Positions 52,985 through 64,000 of a stretch of 64,000 nucleotides of DNA are shown one piece after another. The stretch covers positions 8,680,001 through 8,744,000 of the forward strand of contig CAIIXF020000001.1 of assembly GCA_903813345.2 (NCBI GenBank), read 5' to 3'. The translations under genes and the position numbers were made by a program. Below the pieces are notes generated by a model. It was not told the origin of the DNA, did no database searches, and saw only the letters and a list, made by a program, of their open reading frames with translations. This DNA comes from Owenia fusiformis. Taxonomy: Eukaryota. How positions within the stretch are numbered: the first letter of the stretch is position 1; each line of letters starts with the position of its first letter.

Positions 52985-54151
52985 AGCAACAGAATACATC
53001 ATCAGTGTCAAGGTCCAACATGTAAGTTGTAGCCCTTATATTATGTGCCCTACTGCACTGGCATAGTCAGTTAATACCCTGAGGCGTATTACTTTATAGT
53101 AAATAATAATTACGATGATATATTGTTACAGCGTTAACAATTTCAGTGGGCACTATAGGTGGTCAGCTTTGGTGTTTGTAACATTTGTTACACTTTTGTA
53201 ACTGAATCTTTTCACAGAAAAGAAGTAAATTGCACCAACAAAATTAAAAGCTGACCCTTTCATTTTAGTTGTTATCCTTCATCTTTCAAGGTCAATATCT
53301 ATCTCCTTTGTTAATATAATATTTGATAACTCAAACACCAGTAGTCTGATTTGGTTCAAATTTTATATGCTTCTGCATAAGGACACACGATATCTGATAA
53401 AGAAAGAATTTTCAAGATGGCTGCTAAATTCAGAATGGCCACCATTTTTGGAAAGTAATGTGATTTTTGGATAACTTAACTACAGGTTATCAGAATTGGT
53501 CCAAACTTTACAGGGTGGTGTCTTATGGCAATATTCTTTCCAATATGGCTGCTCAATTTGAAATGGCTGCCATTTTTTGTAGAAAAAAACAACATAATCT
53601 TTGATTTCTTAAATACTGGTTGACAGATTTGGCTCAAATTTTATATGCTATATGTCCAAAATGTAGGGTTATAGGACCTCTGTTGAAATAAATGGCCATC
53701 ATTTTTCAGAAACACATGTAATTTTGATACATCACATATCAGTTATTGGATTTTGTCCAAATTTTAGAGGCTTTTATCCTATGTAAATAGGTCGTTGCTT
53801 GCAGAGAAGGAATTTCCAATATGGCAGTTAAATTGAAATGGACATTTTGAAGTTTAATTTATTTAATGGATTTGCTTGGAATTTTTAGGTTGATGTCTTA
53901 TTTAGGGCCTCTACTTGAGAGGGAGTTTCTAATATGGTGTAATGTCATGTCATGTCATGGGTGTAGATTTTGCCAAATGGAGACAATACTATACTATCTG
54001 GTTATTTGTAACATGAAATGTTCAAAATGTTACTCTGTGGAATTCTAGATATTATTGTAAATGATTCTACACACTATTTTTTCAAATTATCATTACTTTG
54101 AAAATGCTTCTCTTGAAATCACAGTCCATCTTTGTGTCCATTCTTCCATAT

Positions 54152-54554
54152 CACGCCCGGTGATCGTGAAAATGGGACGGAGGGGGAGCAGTCAATTTCT
54201 GCTAGAAAATTCAACAAATCTGGAAGATTTATCTTTTCAAGAAAAAGTTAAATTTTGAATTGCTGAATGGATAGACGCATGGTATGGTAAAATATGTTAG
54301 ATCTTCTGAGATTTTTCTGAATCGATACACTTCTAAGACATGAGATCTATTAAAAAAGGTGCAAGGCCACCAATGTGCACAAGTCAATGTTTTTGTTCAT
54401 AAATTAAGCAACAATAGTCTACACGACCTGTAATAAATACTTGTAAGTGATGTTATCATAACATATGTTGTATAAAAAATAACCGAAAATAATTAAAATG
54501 GGACGGAGTGAGGGAGGGGATCGAGGGGAAAATATGTCACGATCACCAGGCATG
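54152..54554. mobile_element. MITE with 5-bp TSD
   Basis: CATAT|CACGCCCGGTGATCGTGA...TCACGATCACCAGGCATG|CATAT. Confidence 0.7.
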
Positions 54555-57520
54555 CATATAATACGTTCATTTATGTGTCCTTTTTGTTCATCTGTCTCAG
54601 TGTTGACAAAAATTCTGAACTATTTGTTTTCTTTCAGTTCTTAGAGAAGAAAATCAAAATGGATGATCAACCAGGTTAGATTAGGTGATATTAAGTGGAG
54701 GAGAAAAGCAACCAATGATGGTTCCTCATTTCTCAAAGGCCATGAGAAGAGGCACCACCTCAACAATGTCCTAACATTCATCTGTAACACTACCCTGAGT
54801 TCACCAGCTAATTCAGTACATTCTGAGTCGGACAGATCATTTCACAGTTGGGTGTTCAACCAGTCAGAGTTCAACCAGTCAGAGAACACTGCAGAGCCAT
54901 GTTTACATGTTTATATGGATCAAGAAGCTTTGAAAGAAGGCAAGATTGGATTGGCTAGGTCAAAAATCAGTCACTCTTGTAATGAGTTAGTCTTGCTTCA
55001 AGACCCTGCCCCCCCCCATCACCCTAAACAACATTTGTTGAAGTAAATAAGGGTGGGGGGTTGGGGAACTTGAAGCAAGACTAGTAAGTAATTTTTGAAT
55101 TGATGGGTTTTGGGTTGATTGGTTTTGAACAAATGAGATTCAGACCATTAGAATTTGAACCAATGGGATTGCCCTGTTGTCAATCCATAATAATCTAGAT
55201 AGTAAGAATAGCATAAGAGATAGTAATGGCACTCAAAACTGGGCACATCCAATAATCAATATTGGCAGATTTTAAAAATTGGGACAGGTTTGTGAAACGC
55301 TCTTATCCTTTATACATGTTATATCATGTCCAAAATGTATTGGAATTGAGTTCCTGACAAAAAAATTCATATATTTTATTTTATAAAATATAATATTTAT
55401 TATACAACTATTACATCATAATTTTCTACCACTACATTGTAATTGTATAATCACTACATTGTAATTTTACTATCACTACATTGTAATTGTATTTGAACAC
55501 GTGGAACAGTTGACAGGATCATATTTGTCATATGAGAAAGGTGATACTTTACCTTGAAGTACATATTGGAATAAATAAAGGTCTTTAATAAACAAACAAT
55601 ACAATTTAAAATGATGAAGGTAATAAAAGAGAATGAGACTGATTAATGGACTAATTTAATATTTACAACTTTATATACAATGTGTAAGGTATATAGTAAT
55701 ATAATAAAAGTATATGTTTTATTTACATAATGCTTTTTGTGTGTATGTGAAACTTACTAAAAAGATTCATACCATATATCATATATTTTGACAATAGAAT
55801 CCTGTTAGAAGAGCTCACCATTGTTTCAGCACTTCAATTCAACAAGACTATTGCAATGGCCACATAAATTACATCCCATTGTCTCCTGAAGGAGAACCTT
55901 GTTGAATCCAAGTTGGGCATTACCTGATATAGTAAACATATTGCAGCCTTTTTTCATACTCAATTACCATACAACTTATGTTGGATTTTGGCTTGATCAA
56001 ATATACATAAACAATTCTCGTTTCCATGGTAAAGCTCTTCAATGGGGGTAAAATGATGTGCTTCCTTATAAAGGTCAATGAATAATAATGCATTCAATAG
56101 GAATGATGGTAAATCTGGCAACATTTTTTCATCTTGAAGTTCCATGTTCCTGAAACAGTTATAATGACGTTCACATCAATGTCACAGCTGAGATTTTAGT
56201 CTACCTTTCGCAAGGAATATGAAAGAATGTGCCTTATGGTATTATGTGCTTTGTGATGTGACAAATCAATAAATGTAATAATAAAATGTTGGCAAGTTCA
56301 AATTACATACAGATAAGGTATATACTTAAGTATGTATGTATAGTGTCAAGTGCCACATAGCTTCAATTATTATATACCTCAAATGTATTCTAGATGCTCA
56401 TTGGCTTATTCATGGTCACATGACATTGAATAGATGAACTAATTCCCTGGAAAGTCCTAAATCCCTGCTTTCAGGGAAGATGAATTGTACTAATCACAAG
56501 TTAGGTCATGTGACCAGTCAATAGTACATTTTATCTTCCCCCAAATCTGAGATTATAGGAGTTGAAAGGCAAAATGCCTTTAAATGCCAATAAGAACCTG
56601 TGAACATTTGATATTGAAATTAAAAGACTTCTCATTTTGTTTTTGTTTACAGAGTACTTATCAGGTATATAATAAAACAAATAGTGACTGCCACATTTTC
56701 GGGAAATAGTGCCTGCAGCCTCGGGAACATGTCAGTGGACAGGATATTCCCTTGAGGAAAATATTTTGCACTATTTCCCTCAATGGCAGTCACTATTTGT
56801 ACACTTAAGTATTGTGCATATTTGTCACCCACCACGTCACATTAAAATGTTATACATTCTAAGTGACACATACACATGTAGGTGGATATTTTTGTCAGGA
56901 CTGTCTTTTAGAAGAAGAAACTAAAACAAATATGCATTATGATTTCCATACAGAACAGTCCTAGAAGGGTAAACCAGAACCCTTTCTGTGAACATTATAC
57001 ATATAATGATAACCCTGAATAATCTATTGCACCATTGGCCAATATGGTCAATTATCCCATGATTGTCAATATTACTGGAATATACTGTTACGCAACAGTT
57101 GATATTTCAGTGATATTGGTAATTACAATGCATATGCATGTCATTTCAAAAAATATCGCAGCCATATACATGTGGTGATATCAATCAAAACAATATTTTT
57201 ACAAAGAAACATAGGAAACTGTATTAGTTAATCCAATGTTACATGATTTTTTCATGATTCTTCATTTATTGCAATTAATATCAATTCATTTGTTCTACTC
57301 ACTTGGACTGATATTGATATCATCTCCTTGATAAAAATTATATTTATAAAATCATACAATACATGTGTTAAAATGGGAAACCATTTTTTATCTCAACTAA
57401 AATTACATTTGGTCATGATGCACCCGAGGCCAGCTTTAGCCAAGGAGGGGGGGGGGGACACTTTTCAAAAAAATCCAGGAGAGGGTTCAATCCATCCAGT
57501 TAATAACCCGATCATACATA

Positions 57521-57685
57521 CAGTAAAACCTGTGTGTATTAAACATTTTTTGCTGAGAAAATGTTCAGTGTTGGTAGGTGTTCACTACAGATTGGGTAAT
57601 CTATACAGAAGTCAGTGTGGTGTGGAGGAAGGGGGTCCAATAGAGACTCTCTAGAGAGAGGTGTTCACTAAGACAGGTTTTACTG
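57521..57685. mobile_element. Tc1/mariner-type MITE, same family as 45089-45232
   Basis: TA|CAGTAAAACCTGT...ACAGGTTTTACTG|TA. Confidence 0.8.
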
Positions 57686-59249
57686 TATATACAACTTTGT
57701 ACAGTACGTGTTAATATGGTTAAAATGATCCCGCTCTGATTTTGCATTTCGATAAACTGCCTCTTAAACTTAATTAGAGAGTTTTCTACCTGAACATTGC
57801 CAACAAAATAAATAATAATAAAAATGTTTTCATTTCAACTATTACAAGTGTAACTTTAACACAATCCTTTATATTTGTAAATGTAGCTGCCTATGGCTCT
57901 TAACATCTTATAAAATAGTAGATCAGGGAACATATCAATATACTGATTGACCCTCCCTCCTCCATCAGAACTTTAGAAGTGACAATAAACTGATTTGCAC
58001 CACATTAAATTATGGTATGTAATATTACAGATCCTATATAAATCGATATATTGATACATTCTCTTAGTATAGAAATATGTGACCTAACATCTCACTGGTA
58101 TATATTTTCAAATGATGATATGATATGTGAAAGAGGTAGTTGTGTTAAATATGTTCATGTACTGAAGTGTAGTGCAAATATACAAGCATAAACTTACATA
58201 GTAAGTTTTGTGGTATAAGGAAAGCCGCCAAAAGATCAATGTCATCAGTTTGGGGTGGAGGTAGGGGTTGGAAAGGTTTCTATCTGACAAAAATATTAAT
58301 GTTGGAATACTGACAGGCCATCAGCCTCAGTTTCTAATTTTAACCCATTCAAATGGCTTTAATTTGATGTATGAATAAAAAATTTCTCATTAATAAAACA
58401 GCACCGTCCTAGAAGTGTAAATAAACTAGTAGTAAAACTACATATCAATTTTATATAAGATATTTTAGACTGTATAGCACAATTAAATATTGAGTTAAAT
58501 ATGATATACTATTGTCTACTGAAGAGTTACATCTTTGATATTGAAATATAGATGGCTCTCACTTCAAATAATTTTTTCTTTTTACAGATATACTTCTATA
58601 TGAGTTGTATTATTTTGTAAAATCAATGGTTTTAAAATAACAACAATTAAAACCCAAGGGAAAATATAGGGATCAAATCATAACTCTGCAATGTTGATTT
58701 TGATGCCAATTTTGTGATGATGTCACACGACAAAAAAAGCACTTTAAGTGAGAGCTATCTATCAGCAATGCAGTTGTATAAAAGCATGAAGTTAATTACC
58801 AAAACACATAAATAGACCATCTTAAAAAGATTTCCAAAAAATTACACATAAACTGTGTGCATGGTCATTGGTCAATCATGTTATGATGTATAATTTAAAT
58901 ATTAATTTCTGATAATTGACATCTACAATAATCATAACAGGTATTACCAAAATGTATAATGTATAACAAACTAAAACTGCCAAAACAAATAATTGATGGC
59001 AAGTGCTTAAAATAAGTTAAAATATTGAATGGAAATTTTGAGCAACATCATTTTATAACACAATTTCCAAATGTGTAAAAGGTGATTGATAAAAGAATAC
59101 AATTACAAAACTGTATATTCTTCATGATGGTATTGTCTGAAGACATGGAGGATAATGGATAATTTGAAACCTGCAATTGACCTGATCTGGCGCTTTGCTT
59201 AAAAAATAAAGAAAAATGAAAAACTGAATCTAATGACTGTTCTGAATTC

Positions 59250-60350
59250 CTAGGGCCAACCAAAATTTCTCCCAACCATACGATAAAATTTTTTGTTGTG
59301 ATTATCAAAATATTCATGCAATTTGTCAATAACATCAGGATCAACATCAGGATGTTTCCGACCTTTACTTTCTGCCAGACATTTTTGTCGATCTGCCATT
59401 TGCAAACAATAAAATCCCCTGCTTTTATTGAAGAAAAAATTGTCTTTTTGTATTCTGTGAGGTAGATTGAGGAATTCTTCAACTTTATACATTTCCTTAT
59501 ATGGGTTATTGACTAGGTTTTCCCCACTGACAAAATGAAACTGTTTCAAAGGGAAGTATTCCAGCCATTGTTCCAATTGTCTGTGATATATTGAACGTCT
59601 GACAGCAGTATATGAGCGTCTGATGTCATTCGTGTCTTCATCAATAACAAGTTCTTCAAAGGTCTCATGAGGTTTGTTTTTCAAAACTTTGGTGGCATGT
59701 ATTTGAGTGTAGTCTGAGATAGCTCGTTCCGTAGGATCACGAACAACAACAAGTAGTTTGATTGAACTGTTCATAGCATACACCCTTTCAGGAACATAAT
59801 CAAAGTAAAAATATGCTGGAGTTTTCTCAATTGTTATTTGATCTTCAAACGAGAATGGCATATGCTTCCTATACCAGTCTAATCCCAGGCTGTAATTGTC
59901 CTCATCATCGAAAAAATGCATTTCATTGGGTGCAGTAACGACTAAAGGGTGCAGGTTAAGAAAAGTCAACAGCGCCCGTGTGCCCCCCTTTCGCACTCCA
60001 ATAACAAGACATTGAGGGAGATGACGTCTCGTGTGTTTGTAATGTAAATTATTTGAGCCTTCGAGAGTTTCATCATAATCACCAAGTGTCTTATCAAGTG
60101 TTTCTTTGTATAAGTTTCCGGCAGGAGCCAGAATAGGATTCTGAGTGCAACAAAATAATCGGCCTTGTACCATGCTTGTATTGAAGCATCTTACTAATAA
60201 GAACACAATGGCTGTTAGAAATATAACAATGAGACCGATGATTTTGAATCGGGTCAGCTTGCACCAAGTAGGACACTTGCTGAATGTCGCTTGAGGTTTT
60301 TCATTGCCAGGAAGGGGTTTGTACTTCGGCTTCATTGCTGCGTCATACAT
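59250..60350 (-). CDS. HS3ST5: Heparan sulfate glucosamine 3-O-sulfotransferase (HS3ST1/5-like), 366 aa, single coding exon
   Basis: Type II membrane anchor; LPQCLVIGVRKGGTRALL (5'-PAPS loop), EKTPAYF, RDPTERAISDY, CLAESKGRKHP, C-terminal FGWP. HS3ST1 versus HS3ST5 is uncertain. 5'UTR acceptor near 60439. Confidence 0.93.
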   Translation of the reverse strand: MYDAAMKPKYKPLPGNEKPQATFSKCPTWCKLTRFKIIGLIVIFLTAIVFLLVRCFNTSMVQGRLFCCTQNPILAPAGNLYKETLDKTLGDYDETLEGSNNLHYKHTRRHLPQCLVIGVRKGGTRALLTFLNLHPLVVTAPNEMHFFDDEDNYSLGLDWYRKHMPFSFEDQITIEKTPAYFYFDYVPERVYAMNSSIKLLVVVRDPTERAISDYTQIHATKVLKNKPHETFEELVIDEDTNDIRRSYTAVRRSIYHRQLEQWLEYFPLKQFHFVSGENLVNNPYKEMYKVEEFLNLPHRIQKDNFFFNKSRGFYCLQMADRQKCLAESKGRKHPDVDPDVIDKLHEYFDNHNKKFYRMVGRNFGWP

Positions 60351-60864
60351 CGAGAATGATAGGCTAATTCTGATTGTCTGTGTGTCATCTAAGCTTGGAC
60401 GTCTTCACTCATCACATCACAAGGACTAATAGCAGCCTCTGAAAATAGAAATAGGTATTCATGTCAATAATGTTAACACTTGATTTAAAGATATATAAGT
60501 AAACACATGAATATCAATTAAATAATTGTCTCAATTAATTTCTGACACATTTCTTGTTATTAACCTGATTATTAAGTCACAACAAACTTATTGTTCATTA
60601 TATATACGTACATGTCATATTTTCTATCAAACATAATATTTTCTCAAAAAGATCTAATAAATCACAATTTGAAGTTAATAAAAAGCAAGATGCAGATACA
60701 AAACATGGAGCCTTGGAGAGTTAAATTGCTTTAAGATGGCAGACATATTTTGTGTATAAGTATGGAAACACAAATATAACAAACTGACATCTATTTTAAG
60801 TTGAACATTTTGATTATTTGTCTAACTGTATGAGTATATTGCGGCTTATTGCCTCTACGCTAAA

Positions 60865-61135
60865 CAGGCTTATTAAACAACCCTGTCTATCAAACACTCA
60901 TGTAGATCAAACACCCCCTTCTCTTGTACATCAAACACCTCTGTAGATTAAACACCCCCTTCTCTTGTACATCAAACACCCCAGGCTTATCACACAACCC
61001 TGGTCTATCAAACACCCATGTAGATCAAACACCCCCTTTTTTTGTACATCAAATACCCCAGGCTTATCAAACAACCCTGATCTATAAAACACCCCTGTAG
61101 AAAAACACCTCCATCCCTGATATATCAAACACCCG
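60865..61135. repeat. Degenerate ATCAAACACCCC tandem repeats
   Basis: Repeated motif at about 17-22 bp spacing. Confidence 0.7.
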
Positions 61136-61795
61136 CTAATGAATCAATCAACCCTTGTCACCAAGCAACCTGAACCTCAAACATGTCTAATGAACTATCA
61201 GTGACAACAAATACAAATAAAAGCTTCCTTTAAATCATCTAATCAGACAAAAGTCTCTGGTCAACCCCTTCAACTAGTACTTCCCTTTCTCTTTCGCTGT
61301 TACTTATTATGAAGATAGGCAGTCAGCTTTTAGAATCAGATAACTGCTATTTAGAAAGGGGGACAGGGGGGAGATACGGGGGCTTGATGAAAGATTAATC
61401 ATACATATTCTCAAACTGCCAAAAGTTTAACTAAATGTCATCATAGAGCTATGCTTACATGTTTAAATGTAACAATCCATATTTGAAGAATGACAATCTC
61501 GTATTGGCTCGATGAGTTTAGAAAAGAGTATGAGTGAGTTAATCACACTTGCAAAGGTAAAGGATTAGATAATTTCCACAAAGTATGGAGATTTTGTGTG
61601 ATTCTTTCAAAGACTGTGATAACTTTTTTTTACAATCAGCAAACTATGATGGGACAAACACAGAAACAAAAATTGGTATTACAGTATCGTTGTTATAATC
61701 CATTTATTTTACAAAGTTGACAACAATAGTACAAACATAATTTAATAGTGATATCTTCAATGAAACAAGACATTAACATGCAAAATGTAACCACC

Positions 61796-62063
61796 CACTG
61801 GTGGATCTGGAGGGGGCCTTGTGTGGGCCAAGAAAAAAGCCCTTTAAGCCCCAAAAAGTGGGTATTTTTATCATTACTGGGCCTTTTAAGGACTTATTTT
61901 TTAGTTTCAGGCCAAATATTGGTGAAAATGGGCCTCAAAATTTCAAAATTTGGGCCCACTTTTGGGTTTTAGGGGCCCAACATTTTTTTCGGTACAAGTG
62001 CTGAACTTTTTTTCTCTGACCTAAAATTTGGGCCCGCCTTGTTGGTTCCCAGATCCGCCCCTG
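61796..62063. mobile_element. MITE with 5-bp TSD
   Basis: CCACC|CACTGGTGGATCTGG...CCAGATCCGCCCCTG|CCACC. Confidence 0.7.
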
Positions 62064-62235
62064 CCACCTGTCATTTGTTACAAATGCTGGCCGGCACTTT
62101 TGGTGGTGACATAATAAATATAATCATAATAGCCCAAAACGAATCTTGTTATTAACACCCCGACATTTGAACTCGGAATCCTACAAATACTCGGACTTCA
62201 GCAAACATGAGGTTTGGGCAAATTAGGTTCAATTA

Positions 62236-62602
62236 TTATGCCCGGCATAAGAGAAGATCTGTTGTTATGCCGGGCATAAGAGTAGATCTGTTGTTATGCC
62301 GGGCATAAGAGTAGATCTGTTCTTATGCCGGGCATAAGAGTAGATCTGTTCTTATGCCCGGCATAAGAGTAGATCTGTTCTTATGCCCGGCATAAGAGTA
62401 GATCTGTTCTTATGCCGGGCATAAGAGTAGATCTGTTCTTATGCCCGGCATAAGAGTAGATCTGTTCTTATGCCCGGCATAAGAGAAGATCTGTTCTTAT
62501 GCCCGGCATAAGAGAAGATCTGTTCTTATGCCCGGCATAAGAGAAGATCTGTTTTTATGCCTGGCATAAGAATAGATCTGTTCTTATGCCCAGCTTAAGA
62601 GA
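62236..62602. repeat. 29-bp palindromic minisatellite, about 12 copies
   Basis: Unit CTTATGCCSGGCATAAGAGWAGATCTGTT with no unique spacers. Confidence 0.92.
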
Positions 62603-64000
62603 AAATCTTCTTATTTCGGCTTGAGATAAGATCAAGAGTAGAGACATGGAACACAAAAACATGCAGATTTATGTAGATCATTTAACAAAATTCCTTAAAT
62701 TACAATTGATATTATACTTTATTTTCAGTCATGCCAACGCTGTTATGATCATTTGGCAACTATTTAAACACTTCTTTACAACACAATAGTCACATTTTTA
62801 TCATTTTAAAGAATATAGGAGTTTAGCATAATTAAATAGTTGGAAATAATTGATGTCTAGCCCATTTACAGGAAAAGAATCTTAGGCCTAAAGCAGTTCC
62901 CCAACATCATTCAAACATCACATTTATACTATGATTTTAACATCATAATGCTACCATTTCTTTTTCTTCATTTATTAAGAAAATCCACAGATCCTTCGGT
63001 AAGACCTTATATATCATTGGTTTTTTAGTCTTTTAAAACAACATAAATAATTGAAAATAAATATGAATATTGGCTATTTTGTTTAAAATATTTGGCTTGA
63101 TTTTGGTCAGCTGAAATCACCAAAATGACCTGCGGTCAATAAGTTTATATAGCCACCAGTAAGATACTGCTTGTTTTAAGTGCAGATTGAATTACAATGT
63201 TTACTATTGTCCACATACTGATACAGGATAAAAGGTTAAGTTAAGATAGTTAGAGACCATTCAGATATTTGGTGCAGGATTTTATAGTTTACATCTAGAC
63301 ATAGTTCTATAACTAATCCCAAATAATTTATTTGAAGACTCAGAAACTGATCCAATATGCCAACTTACACTTACAATACTACGAAATGTAATTATAGATG
63401 TTAGATATCTTGTACTTTCAGAAGAAATGAAGAAGAAAGTAGATTTCTAATTTAGCCTACATGTAATGTATGGCCCTGTAGTGACCCTTGACCAATTAGT
63501 CATTTATCACAGTTGGAAAAGATATATCTTTGATGTCTTTAAATGGATAAAAATCTTATCTTGACCTATGGCCCAAGAATTTTTTTAAATAAAAATATTT
63601 TTTTCAAAGAATCAAAGAAAAGTGTGAAAAAATCTAGAGAATCCCCATACCTTCTATGTTAACATTTCCTGAATTTTTATCATATGACTGCCATCTATAA
63701 ATGGAATTAGCTTAGGCTAAAAGGGCTTATTCACTCTTGTTACAAAGAATTCATTTTTTTTTATTCCTTTAGAGTTGACACTTTCCACTATTGCAGGTCA
63801 AAAGACAATTGACTGTCATTAAAGCTGAACTAAGAACCACATTCATCCATTCAATTATTGAATATTAAACACAAATGAAATCTAAACCTTTCCTGTTACA
63901 TGTAGTGCACTGAAGCTATTTATATATTAATCACATATATGCTTTATCCCTAAATTAATACCTTGTAATACAATGCATGTTACATTTTATGTTTTTGTAT

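Noticed and set aside
54663-55046. 127-aa ORF
   Set aside because: No recognisable domain; probably 3'UTR sequence with a small inverted repeat.
59048-60276. Alternative-frame ORFs over HS3ST
   Set aside because: Shadow frames of the 366-aa ORF.
62236-62602. CRISPR array
   Set aside because: Palindromic repeats are contiguous with no unique spacers, no cas genes, and the context is eukaryotic.

Overview
AT-rich, intron-containing animal genomic DNA. The repeat landscape and genes suggest a lophotrochozoan such as a mollusc; this is an inference. Five host genes can be assembled by eye from splice signals: a 13-exon CLK/Doa LAMMER kinase (+, 868-28875, 495 aa), a RITA1-like gene (-, single coding exon), a 7-exon glucose-6-phosphatase (+, 346 aa), a small secreted Cys-rich DUF4787-like protein (+, 105 aa) and a heparan sulfate 3-O-sulfotransferase (-). 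Introns and intergenic DNA hold many MITEs and Helentron-like elements, plus one young non-autonomous LTR element. The top finding is in that element: it has a tRNA-Leu(UAA) primer-binding site, and where the polypurine tract should be it carries a same-sense mimic of the 5' two-thirds of that tRNA, which can pair with U5. Also notable are a 129-bp inverted duplication of an exon end plus splice donor between the divergent RITA1 and G6PC genes, and CLK splicing features (conserved frameshifting 88-nt cassette, candidate acidic alternative N-terminal exon, candidate 27-nt microexon). No searches or folding calculations were run; family names come from recalled motifs.
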